Under the pieces are notes generated by a model. That model was not told where the DNA came from. It did no database searches and was given only the letters and a program-made list of their open reading frames with translations. This document shows, in pieces, positions 29,682 to 39,624 of a DNA stretch of 64,000 nt. The translations under genes were made by a program, and so were the position numbers. Numbering within the stretch: the stretch's first letter is position 1; every line of letters begins with the position of its first letter. The stretch is from Halorarum halobium (lineage in GTDB: Archaea; Halobacteriota; Halobacteria; Halobacteriales; Haloferacaceae), in NCBI RefSeq assembly GCF_032116555.1, contig NZ_CP134949.1, forward strand, positions 868,001 to 932,000, in the 5' to 3' direction.

Positions 29682-32063
29682 ATGAACGTCGACCCGCGCC
29701 GGAGCTACACCGCGAAGGTAGTCGTCGGCGTCGCGGCCGTGCTCCTGGTCGGTGGGCTGGTCGGCGCGGCCGTCTACGTGGACGTGACCGGGCAGGTTCG
29801 CACCGAACAGCGCGACGGGCTCGACGGGCAGGCGAGCATGCAGGGGAGCGTCCTCGACACGGTCCTGCACGACGCGAAGCGGTCGGCCGAGGCGACCGCC
29901 AGCGAGGTCGGCCGCGTCTCGACCGCGACGACCGACCAGGAGGCCCGCCAGTGGGAGCTTCAGGCGGTGCTCCGCGACCGTTCGCTCGGCTCCGATCGCG
30001 TCATCGCCGTCCACTACGCCAAGTACGGCGGCGAGATCGAGGCGAGTTCCGACAGCGACCTCGCCGGGGCGACGCTCGACGAGATCGGGCTGGCACCGCC
30101 CCCGAACGCGACCGAGATCGTCGACTACGTCGAGCGCGACGGCCACCGCTCGTGGGTGCTGTACACCCGCGTGAACACCGGCGGAACCGTGGTGACCGAG
30201 CTGAACGTTACGGCCATCTCGACCCAGTTAGAGACGATGGTGCCCGGCTCCCGCACGCGACTCGTCACCGGCAACGGCACCGTCACCCTGGACACTGAAT
30301 CGCCCGACGCGGTCGGGACCCAGCACGTCGCGGGGAGCGGCGTCCAGTCGCCGGCCGTCGTCGCGGCGCTGAACGACACGAACGGAACGCGGACCGTCGC
30401 GGGCGGGGAGTCGGGCTCGGGCGACGACGCCGTCGTCGCCTACCGGGCGATGGGCGAATCCGACTGGGCGGTCGTCTCCAGCGCGCCGCCCTCCACGCTG
30501 TTCGGGCTCGCCGACGCGGTCGGCGTCCGCATCATCGGGCTGCTCGTCGTCGTCGGGCTGCTGCTGTTCGGGTTCGGGTTCGTCGTCGAGCGTCCGACCG
30601 TCCTCGCGCTCCGGGACCTGACCGACACCGCGCGCGATCTGGAGGCGGGCGAACTCGACCGGGAGATAGAGAGCGACCGCGAGGACGAGCTCGGGGAGCT
30701 CTACGCCGGCTTCGACGCGATGCGCGTCGGGCTCCGGGAGCGCATCGACGAGGCGGAGGCGGCGGAGGCCGAGGCGCTCGGCGCCAAGCAGGAGGCCGAA
30801 CACCTCAGCTCACACCTGGAGGAGAAGACCGCCCACTACGGCTCGGTCATCGAGCGCGTCGGCGACGGAGACCTCACCGCGCGCGTGGACCCCGAGAGCG
30901 ACGCGGCGGCGATCAGGCGGCTCGGCAGGGAGCTGAACGACGTGCTCGACGAGCTCGCCGGGACCGTCGCGGAGGTGCAGTCGTTCGCCGACGCCGTCCG
31001 GGACGCCAGCGGCGACCTCGCGCAAAGCGCCACGGAGGTCGGGCAGGTGAGCGGACAGGTCGCCACGTCGATGACTGACGTCAGCGCGGAGACGGAGGAG
31101 CAGCGCGAGCGGCTGAGCGAGGCGGCCGACGAGATGAACACCGTCTCGGCGACCGTCGAGGAGGTCGCCTCCACCGCCGGCGGGGTCGCCTCCACCGCCG
31201 AGGAGACCGCCGAGGAGGCCCGCGAGGGGAGAGTCGCCGCCGAGGAGGCCGTCGACGCCGTCGCGGACGTGGAAGACCGGACCGAGTCCGCGGTCGGCGA
31301 GGTGGAGACGCTCGTCGAGCGGATGGAGGAGATCAGCGAGGTCATCGAGCGCGTCTCGACCATCGCGGACAGGACGAACCTGATCGCGCTCAACGCGAAC
31401 ATCGAGGCGGCCCGCGCCGAGGCCGGCAGCGAGGGCTTCGCGGTCGTCGCCGATGAGGTGAAGTCGCTCGCCACGGAAGCCCAGACGCACGCCGAGGAGG
31501 TCGAGACGCAGCTCACCGCGATCCGCGAACAGACCGAGACGACCGCCCGCGACATGCGGGACGCCCGGGCACGACTCGGGGACGGCTCGGAGACGGTCGA
31601 CACCGCCACGGACTCGCTCCGCTCGGTCGCCGACCTGGTTGAGGAGGCGAACGACGGGATGCAGGAGATCAACGGCGCGACCGACGACCAGGCCGCGAGC
31701 GCCGAGGAGGTCGCGGCGATGATGGACGACGTGCGCGAGACCGCCCGCGAGACGGCGAGCGAGGCCGACGGCGTGGCCGCCGCGGCCGAAGAGCAGACCA
31801 CCTCCATCGAGGAGGTCGTCGGCGTCGCGGACGACCTGGCCGAGCGCGCGCTCGAACTCGACGAGGCACTCTCGCAGTTCGAGACCGACCGCGAGGACGC
31901 GACGGTCGCGTCAGGGGCGACGTTCGATGCTGGTTCGGACGGCGCCCGCCCGACTCCCGACGACGGCGAAGGGATGGAGTGGGTCGGCGACGGCCCGGCC
32001 GACGACGCGGACGGGACCCCGATCCGCGGCGACGCGGCCGCCACCGACGGCGGGAGCGAGTAG
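29682..32063 (+). CDS. Methyl-accepting transducer (Htr): 2 TM, extracellular Cache-like domain, tandem HAMP, MA domain
   Basis: DELGELYAGFDAM HAMP; IADRTNLIALNANIEAARA..GFAVVADEVKSLA hairpin tip. Confidence 0.93.
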   Translation: MNVDPRRSYTAKVVVGVAAVLLVGGLVGAAVYVDVTGQVRTEQRDGLDGQASMQGSVLDTVLHDAKRSAEATASEVGRVSTATTDQEARQWELQAVLRDRSLGSDRVIAVHYAKYGGEIEASSDSDLAGATLDEIGLAPPPNATEIVDYVERDGHRSWVLYTRVNTGGTVVTELNVTAISTQLETMVPGSRTRLVTGNGTVTLDTESPDAVGTQHVAGSGVQSPAVVAALNDTNGTRTVAGGESGSGDDAVVAYRAMGESDWAVVSSAPPSTLFGLADAVGVRIIGLLVVVGLLLFGFGFVVERPTVLALRDLTDTARDLEAGELDREIESDREDELGELYAGFDAMRVGLRERIDEAEAAEAEALGAKQEAEHLSSHLEEKTAHYGSVIERVGDGDLTARVDPESDAAAIRRLGRELNDVLDELAGTVAEVQSFADAVRDASGDLAQSATEVGQVSGQVATSMTDVSAETEEQRERLSEAADEMNTVSATVEEVASTAGGVASTAEETAEEAREGRVAAEEAVDAVADVEDRTESAVGEVETLVERMEEISEVIERVSTIADRTNLIALNANIEAARAEAGSEGFAVVADEVKSLATEAQTHAEEVETQLTAIREQTETTARDMRDARARLGDGSETVDTATDSLRSVADLVEEANDGMQEINGATDDQAASAEEVAAMMDDVRETARETASEADGVAAAAEEQTTSIEEVVGVADDLAERALELDEALSQFETDREDATVASGATFDAGSDGARPTPDDGEGMEWVGDGPADDADGTPIRGDAAATDGGSE

Positions 32064-32170
32064 GGAGCCGGCCGGCCCCGACGCGGCCTGATACCCTCGA
32101 ACGAGTCCGTATCCGTCACTGATCGCACGGAGACGAACCGCCGGCGGCGACGCAGGCCCGGAACGGCCAC

Positions 32171-32200
32171 GGGTGGGACTGAAAGGGGCCGCGGCTGTCG
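32171..32200. repeat. Truncated family A core
   Basis: GGGTGGGACTGAAAGGGGCCGCGGCTGTCG identical to 37452-37481; between convergent genes. Confidence 0.8.
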
Positions 32201-32294
32201 TGGTCGTGCTGTTGCTGTCGGCGGTGGCCCGGAGGAGTTACCATACCAGCAGATCGCCGGCCGCGACTCGAGCGGCTCGAGCGGCGCAACCGAC

Positions 32295-33638
32295 CTAGTC
32301 CAGGTCGTCGTACGGCCAGCGCCCGCCCATCTTCAGTTCCTGCACGTAGCCGTCGTCGATGGCCTCGGCCATCTCCGAGCGGGTCCGGTGTGGCGTCTCC
32401 GCGTCGTCGCTGGCGAGGCGGGCGACCGCCTCGGCGACGAGGACGGCCACGTCCGGGAGGTCACGCGGGTCGAGTTTGTCGAGCGTGTCGGCGTGGGTGT
32501 GGCCCCAGCCGCGGCCCGACGACTCCGAGACGGTCGAGGTCATCACCGCCGGGACGCCCTCCTGGACGAACGCCCACTGGTCGCCGTGCGGGGAGACCGT
32601 GTCGTCGGTCACCAGCGGCGCGTTCAGGTCGTCGGTCACGTCGGCGAACACCGACTCCACCGAGTCGAAGCCGTTCGAGCCGACCCTGAGCGACCGGCTG
32701 GAGCCCGCGCCGTCGAGGTTCACGACGCACTTCACCGAGTCGAGGTCGAGCGTCTCCGCGGCGTGGTAGGCGCCCCAGAGGCCGATCTCCTCCGAGCCGA
32801 ACGTGATGCAGCGGACCCGCGTGTCGAGGTCGACGTCGGCCAGCAGGCGGCCGACCTCGGCGACGAGCGCCGAGCCCGCGCCGTTGTCGTTCGCGCCGTC
32901 GCTGATGTCGTGGGCGTCGACGTGGGCCGTGAGGAGGACCGCCTCCTCGGTGTCGGGACCAACGTCGGCGACGACGTTCCGCGAGGACGTCGGTTCGTTC
33001 CGGCAGTCGACGGACACCGTGACCTCACAGCCCTCCTCGGCGTAGCGGGCGAGTCGTGCCCCGACTTCGCGGGAGACGCCCAGCGCGGGGATCGGGCCGG
33101 GTCGCTGGTGGTAGCCGACCTCCCCCGTCGGCGGCACCGACCCCTCGACGTGGTTGCGGAACAGGAACGCGACCGCGCCGTGGTCGGCCGCGTTGACGTA
33201 CTTCTCCATGCGGTGGATCCAGCGGTCGGCCTCCTCGGGCGTGTTCGAGGAGGCCAGCGCGACCGCGCCGTCGAGGTCGTCCGCGCGCGCCTCGAACTCC
33301 TCGTAGGTGCCGTCGCCCACGTCGACCACCGTGCCGGTCGCCTCGCCGGCCGGACAGCCCGGGAGCGCGAGCACGTCCTGCTGGCCCGCGTGGACGCGCT
33401 CGCTCGGCTCGTGAATCTCGAGCACGGAGTCGCCGCGCCACCACCCGGGGATCTCGAACTCCTCGACGTGTGGGTCGCACAGCCCCGCGTCCGCGAACGC
33501 GTCGCGGACGACCATCGCGCCGTTTCGTTCGCCCTCCTGTCCGGCCATCCGGTTGCCGACGTCCACGAGGTCGGTGAGCGTGTCCCACGCGAACCCGCTC
33601 GTCCGTGCGTCGCCGACGACGGCGTCGGGAAGGTGCAT
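32295..33638 (-). CDS. M28 family aminopeptidase with PA domain
   Basis: AHVD, GANDNGAG, SEEIGLWG, NLDG, HTHADT zinc ligands. Confidence 0.92.
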   Translation of the reverse strand: MHLPDAVVGDARTSGFAWDTLTDLVDVGNRMAGQEGERNGAMVVRDAFADAGLCDPHVEEFEIPGWWRGDSVLEIHEPSERVHAGQQDVLALPGCPAGEATGTVVDVGDGTYEEFEARADDLDGAVALASSNTPEEADRWIHRMEKYVNAADHGAVAFLFRNHVEGSVPPTGEVGYHQRPGPIPALGVSREVGARLARYAEEGCEVTVSVDCRNEPTSSRNVVADVGPDTEEAVLLTAHVDAHDISDGANDNGAGSALVAEVGRLLADVDLDTRVRCITFGSEEIGLWGAYHAAETLDLDSVKCVVNLDGAGSSRSLRVGSNGFDSVESVFADVTDDLNAPLVTDDTVSPHGDQWAFVQEGVPAVMTSTVSESSGRGWGHTHADTLDKLDPRDLPDVAVLVAEAVARLASDDAETPHRTRSEMAEAIDDGYVQELKMGGRWPYDDLD

Positions 33639-33831
33639 GTCGGAACGTTCCCGCACAGTCACAAGAGCGTCCGGGTCGCGGTTGTTCCCACGAGCCGGAC
33701 GGGACCGCCGGATCACCGCGCCCTCGATGGGTCACGCCGGCGTACGGTCACCCTGCGAGCGGCGTGGACCGTGCGACACCGGCCCACACAGTCGTCAGCT
33801 TCATGGTCCATGCTACCGATTCACGCAATAG

Positions 33832-34101
33832 ATGCCGGAGCCCAGTACGCTTACCGACACGGACAGGCGCGTCCTCGCCTACCTCCGGGAGTCGGGCGCG
33901 GACTACCCGGCGCTCGTCGCCGGCAACACGGGTGCACACATTCCCCTCGTCGAGCGCCGCATCGCGGTGCTGGAGGACCTGGGCCTGCTGGAGGCCGTCA
34001 CGGACGAGTCGGTCTACCGCATCACGCCCGCGGGCGAGGCCGCCCTCGACGGCCCGGACGCCGAACGGCGCAACGGCCACTCGACCGCCGACGTGGAGTG
34101 A
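33832..34101 (+). CDS. Small winged-helix protein (DUF2250/MarR-like)
   Basis: DRRVLAYL..DYPALVA...LEDLGLLE...YRITPAG wHTH pattern. Confidence 0.75.
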   Translation: MPEPSTLTDTDRRVLAYLRESGADYPALVAGNTGAHIPLVERRIAVLEDLGLLEAVTDESVYRITPAGEAALDGPDAERRNGHSTADVE

Positions 34102-34117
34102 GCGGCGTCCCGGCCGG

Positions 34118-34546
34118 TCACTCCCCGGGCTCCCAGTCACCGCGGCCGGACTCGATCTCGTGGGCTTCACGGAGGAGCGCGGGCTGGTTGTGCGCGAGGT
34201 CGGTGGTCGTGACGACCCCGACCGCGTCGAGGCCCTCGGTCACGACGAGCTTCTTCACGCCGTCGTCCCGCATCAGTTCGACCGCCCGCCGCGTCGTCGC
34301 GGTCGGGGGGACCGTCACCAGCCCCTCGGTCGCGGCCGCCGCGGCCGGAACCGCGGCGAGCGAGCGCTCGGCCCGATACGCGCCGCGGAGCGCGTCCGTC
34401 TCGGTGAGGATTCCCGCCGGATCGCCGTCCCGCGTGAGCAGGACGCTGCCGACGCGCTCGCGGAGCATCCGTTCGACCGCCTCGCGGAGCGTCGCGTCCG
34501 CGGCGACGGTCACCGGCTCGGGGGACATCACCTCGCGCACGAGCAT
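34118..34546 (-). CDS. CBS-pair protein
   Basis: VREVMS, GILTETD, GVVTTTD. Confidence 0.9.
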   Translation of the reverse strand: MLVREVMSPEPVTVAADATLREAVERMLRERVGSVLLTRDGDPAGILTETDALRGAYRAERSLAAVPAAAAATEGLVTVPPTATTRRAVELMRDDGVKKLVVTEGLDAVGVVTTTDLAHNQPALLREAHEIESGRGDWEPGE

Positions 34547-34679
34547 AGTTACGAGTCGGCGGCGTCGGCACTTGTAGCGTGGGGGTCACTCGACCCGGGT
34601 CGATCGGCGACGGGACCCGTGACCGCGCTCCACGCGGCAGGGGTTGCGGGTCGGCGGCGCCCGCCGGCAGCCGCCGCCC

Positions 34680-35852
34680 TCAGCCGTGGGGGCTCTCGGG
34701 CCCGGCTTCCCGCCGTTCGATCCGCTGCGGGCCGCTCGGGGGTGGGCGGAGGTCGCGCCCGACCACGAGAACCCCCACCACCTCGTCGGTCCGGTCGAGC
34801 AGCCGCCGCTCGCGGAACTCGTATGGCACGGTCGTCCCGTCGTCGGCGACGAGTTCGGTTTCGACGGTCGACTCGCCCGTCCGGATGGCGGTCCGGATGC
34901 TCTCCTCGAGCGCCTCCCAGTCGGCTTCCGAGACCACCTGATAGATGCGCATCCTCCGGAGTTCCGTTCGGTCGTGGCCGGACGCCGTCTCGGCGGCCTC
35001 GTTCACGCGGTTGACGCTACCGTCGGGGTCGAGAACGAACATCGCGTCCCCGAAGGCGTCGAGCGCCCGTTCCAGCATCGCCGCGTCCGAGCGGGCGAGC
35101 CCGGCGTGTTCGAACTCCTCCGTGAGGTCGTCGATGCGGCAGATGAACGCGCCACCCTCACAGATCGAGAGCGAGTGATCGACGACGATGCGCTTCCCGT
35201 CCTTCCTGACGCACTCGATCTCCCCCGACCAGTCGCCGGTCGTCGAGACCGCCGGGATGACCTTCTCGCGGACGACGGCGACGCCGTCAGGCGGGTACAG
35301 CAGCTCCCAGTGCTCGTCGATCAGCTCCTCGCTCGAGTAGCCGACCGTCCGCGCGTACGCCTCGTTGACGTACGTGAAGTGGCCGTCCTCGTCGAGGATG
35401 CCGATCCCCTCGCGGGCGGACTCCAGCGCCTCGAACCCCTGCACGACCTGCCGTTCGGCCCGGTATCGCGCGACCGCGTTGCCGATGCGGTTCGCCAGCA
35501 CCGCGTACTGTTCCGCGCCCCCGCCCTTCTGGAGGTAGTCGGTGACGCCGGCCGAGATCGCCCTGCTGGCGATCTCCTCGCTCCCCTTGCCCGTGAAGAG
35601 GACGAACGGGAGGTTCGAGTGCTCCGCCCGGACCGCCTCCAGGAACGCCAGGCCGTCCGTCCCCGACATGTCGAAGTCGCTCACGACGCACTCGAAGCGA
35701 TCGGCCTCGAGCAGGTCGAGCCCATCCGCCGCGCCCGTCGAGGTGACGACGTCCAGCCGGTCGTCCTCCCGTTCGAGGTACGTCGCGACGAGATCGCCGA
35801 ACTGTACGTTGTCGTCGACGTGCAGCACCCGGATGTCGGCTCTGGTACTCAT
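34680..35852 (-). CDS. Receiver-PAS-PAS signalling protein, no output domain
   Basis: VLHVDD, SDFDM, FTGKGSE, DYLQK receiver; two PAS domains (YVNEA..GYS; VNEAAE..GH). Confidence 0.85.
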   Translation of the reverse strand: MSTRADIRVLHVDDNVQFGDLVATYLEREDDRLDVVTSTGAADGLDLLEADRFECVVSDFDMSGTDGLAFLEAVRAEHSNLPFVLFTGKGSEEIASRAISAGVTDYLQKGGGAEQYAVLANRIGNAVARYRAERQVVQGFEALESAREGIGILDEDGHFTYVNEAYARTVGYSSEELIDEHWELLYPPDGVAVVREKVIPAVSTTGDWSGEIECVRKDGKRIVVDHSLSICEGGAFICRIDDLTEEFEHAGLARSDAAMLERALDAFGDAMFVLDPDGSVNRVNEAAETASGHDRTELRRMRIYQVVSEADWEALEESIRTAIRTGESTVETELVADDGTTVPYEFRERRLLDRTDEVVGVLVVGRDLRPPPSGPQRIERREAGPESPHG

Positions 35853-36029
35853 TGGTGGGGGGAAACTGCTGCTGTTACATGTTCACACACCCACAAAAAG
35901 CCTCGTGCGTTCGGCCGAAACCGCCCGACTGCGGAGGAAATCCCGGTCGATCGGCCACCTCGGGACCGTGCGCGGATCGCCGGTGAAAACGCGGGGCGCC
36001 GCTCGTGAGTGCGGACTACCCGTCCGTGC

Positions 36030-37229
36030 TCACCACTCGTACGCCTCGCGCGGGTCGACGCTGTCGGCCTCCCGGTCGAACACGTGTCTTCCCTCGACGA
36101 CGACGTGCTGGCTGCTCGTCTCGAACCGGTGGAAGGGCCCGTCCCAGACGACGAGGTCCGCGTCGGTGCCCTCCGCGAGCGACCCGACGCGCTCCTCGAT
36201 GCCGAGGATCTCGGCGGGGTTCGTCGTCACCACGTCGAGCGCGACGTCCTCGGGCAGGCCCGCGCGGACCGCGAGGCCGACGCAGACGTCGAGGTGCTGC
36301 TGGGGCAACACGGGCGCGTCGGTCTGGATGGCGACGGTGACGCCCGCCTCGTGGAGGATGGCGGGCGTCTCGAACGTGATGTTCCGGAGTTCGTACTTCG
36401 AGGCCGAGGAGAGCGACGGGCCGACGATGGCGGGAACGTCGCGCGCCACGAACTCCTCGGCGATGACGTGGCCCTCGGTCGCGTGCTCGATGGAGAGGTC
36501 CTCGATGCCGAACTCCTCGGCGATGCGGAACACGGTCATGATGTCGTCCGCGCGGTGGGCGTGGACGCGGAGCGGCAGGTCGCCCGTCAGCACGCGGGAG
36601 AGGTTCTCCATGCCGAGGTCGCGCTCGAACGGCTCGCCCTCCTCGGACGCCCCTTCCTTCCGGTCGAGGTAGTCCTCGGCGTTCATGAACGATTCCCGGA
36701 GCGTCGCCGCGACGCCCGGCCGGGTCGAGGGCTGGCGGCCCTCGCGCTCGCCGTGGAAGCGCTTGGGGTTCTCGCCCATCGCGGCCTTCATGCCGTCCTC
36801 GCGCACGAACATTCCGTCGGCGGTGCGGCCGTGGGTCTTCATCGAGCAGATGATGCCCCCGATGACGTTGCCGGAGCCCATCCGCGAGGAGACGGTCGTG
36901 ACGCCGTTCTGGAACGCGTGTTTGAGTTCCTCGTCGCGCGGGTGGAAGCCGTCGAGCGCGTTGACGTGCGGGGTCGTCGCGCTCGTCCCCTCGTTGAAGT
37001 CGCCGTCCTCGGGTTCGCCCCACTCGGCCATCCCGGCGTGGCTGTGCGCGTCGACGAGCCCCGGCGTCACCTCCATCCCCTCGGCGTCGATGACCTCGGC
37101 GTCGTCGGGCGCCTCGACGTCGCCGACGGCGACGACCTCGCCGTCCTCGACGAGCACGTTCCCCTCGATCGTCCCCCGTTCGGTCTGCGTGTGGACGGTG
37201 CCGCCCCGCACCACGAGCACGTCACTCAT
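36030..37229 (-). CDS. Amidohydrolase family protein
   Basis: PGLVDAHSH, KAAMGENPK, HAHRADD, TDAP, GSLAEGTDAD. Confidence 0.92.
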   Translation of the reverse strand: MSDVLVVRGGTVHTQTERGTIEGNVLVEDGEVVAVGDVEAPDDAEVIDAEGMEVTPGLVDAHSHAGMAEWGEPEDGDFNEGTSATTPHVNALDGFHPRDEELKHAFQNGVTTVSSRMGSGNVIGGIICSMKTHGRTADGMFVREDGMKAAMGENPKRFHGEREGRQPSTRPGVAATLRESFMNAEDYLDRKEGASEEGEPFERDLGMENLSRVLTGDLPLRVHAHRADDIMTVFRIAEEFGIEDLSIEHATEGHVIAEEFVARDVPAIVGPSLSSASKYELRNITFETPAILHEAGVTVAIQTDAPVLPQQHLDVCVGLAVRAGLPEDVALDVVTTNPAEILGIEERVGSLAEGTDADLVVWDGPFHRFETSSQHVVVEGRHVFDREADSVDPREAYEW

Positions 37230-37329
37230 GCGCGAGCGTTCGGGTGACGGTTCCAAACCCTTTCGGTTCGAAACGGTGGGTTCGTGGAGGGGACGGCTTC
37301 CCGATGAATCGCACCGTGAATCAGCCGGC

Positions 37330-37623
37330 CGGCGCGTGACGGCGAGCCCCAGGGGCGAGCAGACGCGCGCGAGGGACGAGCACCGGAGCGTTCGCGACCG
37401 GAGGGAGCGCACGCGAGGAGCACAGGAGGTTGGGAAGGGTGAGGTGTGGTTGGGTGGGACTGAAAGGGGCCGCGGCTGTCGGCGACGGCGGACCCGTCAA
37501 GCACCGTGGTTCGAGAGAGCGGAGCTCTCTCGTCATCACGAAAATCTTCGATTTTCGAACGACAGCGAGCTTGCGAGCGAGGAGCGCAGCGGCCGCACCG
37601 AGCCGAGAGGAGCGGGGGCTTTC
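37330..37623. repeat. Family A element, reverse orientation, carrying the twin-hairpin module
   Basis: Core at 37452-37476; 70-nt block 37494-37563 identical to 57066-57135; ends GCGGGGGCTTTC. Confidence 0.88.
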
Positions 37624-37728
37624 GCGGTCGTCGTGCTGATCGCTTCGGAAGCGGCAGCAGGTGATTCACATCGCACCGATGGGCGCGGCGTTTAAGCGGC
37701 CGCTCGAACCAACAGTACGACACAAGCC

Positions 37729-38103
37729 GTGCCGTCGAACCGAACCCGGGAGGAAACGATCGAACTCGGCGTCGAGCTACTCGAACACCTCGAGGACGAG
37801 GAACTGCCGCTCGCCGAGGCGATGGACCGCATCGAGGCGGTGACGACGAACCCCGCGCTCACCCGGGACATCCTCGACACGGCCGAGGACCGCGGGGTCA
37901 TCGACCGCGAGGGCGCGTCGGTCCGTACCCGGCGCGGCGGCTCGTTCGTCCGGTTCGAGTCGGAGGTCGTGACCCGCGAGGGCGACTTTTCGTGTCGACG
38001 GTGTGGAACCGCCATCACCACCGGACACTTCGTGCGGTTCGAGGCCGGCGAACTCGGGCCGTTCGGCTCCTCGTGTGTGCGGAAGGTGCTCGGTCGGGAG
38101 TAG
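37729..38103 (+). CDS. Conserved haloarchaeal protein (DUF5830-like) with C-terminal Cys/His motif
   Basis: ELGVELL...MDRIE.VT.NP; CRRC...GHF...GPFGSSC. Confidence 0.8.
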   Translation: MPSNRTREETIELGVELLEHLEDEELPLAEAMDRIEAVTTNPALTRDILDTAEDRGVIDREGASVRTRRGGSFVRFESEVVTREGDFSCRRCGTAITTGHFVRFEAGELGPFGSSCVRKVLGRE

Positions 38104-38150
38104 GTCGGACGCCGTCGAGAGAAAACGGGGGAGCCGGCGTCGGGTCGAAC

Positions 38151-39212
38151 TCAGCGGCCGCGACGGAGTTCCTGGATCAACTGCTCGATGAGCTCCGCCT
38201 GGTGGTCGAGCCGTTCGCCCTGCGACTCGACTTCCGCCCGGAGCGCCGCGAGCTCCTCGGCGGCGTCGTCCGTCGGCTCCGCAACCTCGAAGCCGCTCCC
38301 CTCGAACGCGTCCTCCTCGGGGGGTTCGGTCGCCGCGGCCGCCGCGCCGCCCGCGTTCGCACCCGCGGTCGTCCCGGTGCTCGCACCGCCGTTTCCGCTC
38401 AGTTCCTCGACCGTGCTGCCGGTGCCGGCGTCGTCGCCGGCGGGCGACTCCTCGAGGGGGTCATCCCGGGTCGCGTTCTGCGGGTCGTCGACCTCCGCGG
38501 GTTCGGCCGAGAGGGGGTCCGGCCCGTCGCCGAAGTCCACCTCCGCTTGCCCCTCCTCGTCCTCGCCCTCCGCGTCCGCCGAGAGCGCCCGGAACGCCTC
38601 CAGCCCGTCGACGTCGTAGTAGGCCGTGAGCGTGTCCGTGAGCAGCGCTCGGACCGCGCGTGCCTCCTCTGCCGGGGCCTTGAAGCGTTCCTGTCGGCCG
38701 TTCACCGAGAGGACGACCGAGGTGGCGACGCTCCCCTCCTCGAAGGTCAGGTCGGTCACGTCGTCGTACGGGAACTCCTCGAACTCGTCGTCCCAGACGG
38801 CCCCGCCGATGTGTTTGACGACGCGGGCGCTCGTGACGACGAGCGTCAGGTCCGAAAAGCGGAACGTCCGTTCGACCGTCTCGCCGGCGTCCGTGATGCC
38901 GGCCGCCGAGAGCACGCCGGCGATGACCGGGTGCAACACGCCGTCGAGTTTCTTGCGCGGGATGGCGAACGTCTGCTCGCCGTCGAGCCCGTAATCGAGC
39001 GTCAGCTTCGCCTTGCGCCGCGACTCGGACACCTCGATGCGCTCGGCGTCGTGGGGGTACTCCTCGACCGACTCGTCGGAGAGCAGCCCCTCGCCGCGGT
39101 AGATGAGCGTTCGCGTCGGGGTGATGAACAGTTCGTCGTCCCCCCCGAGGTGGACCTGGGCGACGGGGTCCTCCTCGCCCATCTCCCGCTGGACCAGTTC
39201 CGGAAGACTCAT
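38151..39212 (-). CDS. Haloarchaeal protein with tandem PH-like domains, acidic linker and C-terminal coiled coil (DUF7115-like)
   Basis: TPTRTLIYR.EGLLSDESVEEYPH, FRFSDLTLVVT, IEQLIQELRRGR. Confidence 0.8.
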   Translation of the reverse strand: MSLPELVQREMGEEDPVAQVHLGGDDELFITPTRTLIYRGEGLLSDESVEEYPHDAERIEVSESRRKAKLTLDYGLDGEQTFAIPRKKLDGVLHPVIAGVLSAAGITDAGETVERTFRFSDLTLVVTSARVVKHIGGAVWDDEFEEFPYDDVTDLTFEEGSVATSVVLSVNGRQERFKAPAEEARAVRALLTDTLTAYYDVDGLEAFRALSADAEGEDEEGQAEVDFGDGPDPLSAEPAEVDDPQNATRDDPLEESPAGDDAGTGSTVEELSGNGGASTGTTAGANAGGAAAAATEPPEEDAFEGSGFEVAEPTDDAAEELAALRAEVESQGERLDHQAELIEQLIQELRRGR

Positions 39213-39338
39213 GGCTCGGATTGACAAGTGCCACGGCTTAAAACCGGCGGGTCGGCGGGCGCGGGGCGGACACGCCGCCGTCCCGCGGTCGGGGGAGATG
39301 GGAAGGTTCAAGAGTCTCACGGCGCGACGTTCTCGTGA

Positions 39339-39487
39339 GCCGGGGTGGCTTAGTTGGACATAGCGCCGCACTCATAGGGTTTCGAGATTCGGTGCGGATC
39401 GCCTTGGAAGCCTCCGCCCCCACGAGGCCCGCCGAGCCTCGTACCTGGGACATGCGGAGATCGCGGGTTCGGAGCCCGCCCCCGGCA
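39339..39487 (+). tRNA. tRNA-Met(CAT), elongator type, with 75-nt intron (39377-39451)
   Basis: Acceptor GCCGGGG/CCCCGGC-A; anticodon arm CCGCA-CTCATA|intron|A-TGCGG; T arm GCGGG-TTCGGAG-CCCGC. Confidence 0.93.
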
Positions 39488-39488
39488 C

Positions 39489-39493
39489 TTTTT
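39489..39493 (+). terminator. T-tract after the tRNA
   Basis: TTTTT immediately 3' of the tRNA. Confidence 0.55.
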
Positions 39494-39624
39494 CGACGCG
39501 GAGCCCGAACGCGAGCAGCGATGCGAACTGGACCCGTGGACGGTCGGCCCCCGGCAACCCCCGACCGGGCAGTTTTCCCGGGCCGTTCGACTTATGGACC
39601 GACGCCGGGACGGCCACCCACGAG

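Noticed and set aside
31164..31200. GTCGCCTCCACCGCCG duplication in the transducer
   Set aside because: Matches the 7-residue heptad periodicity of the coiled coil.
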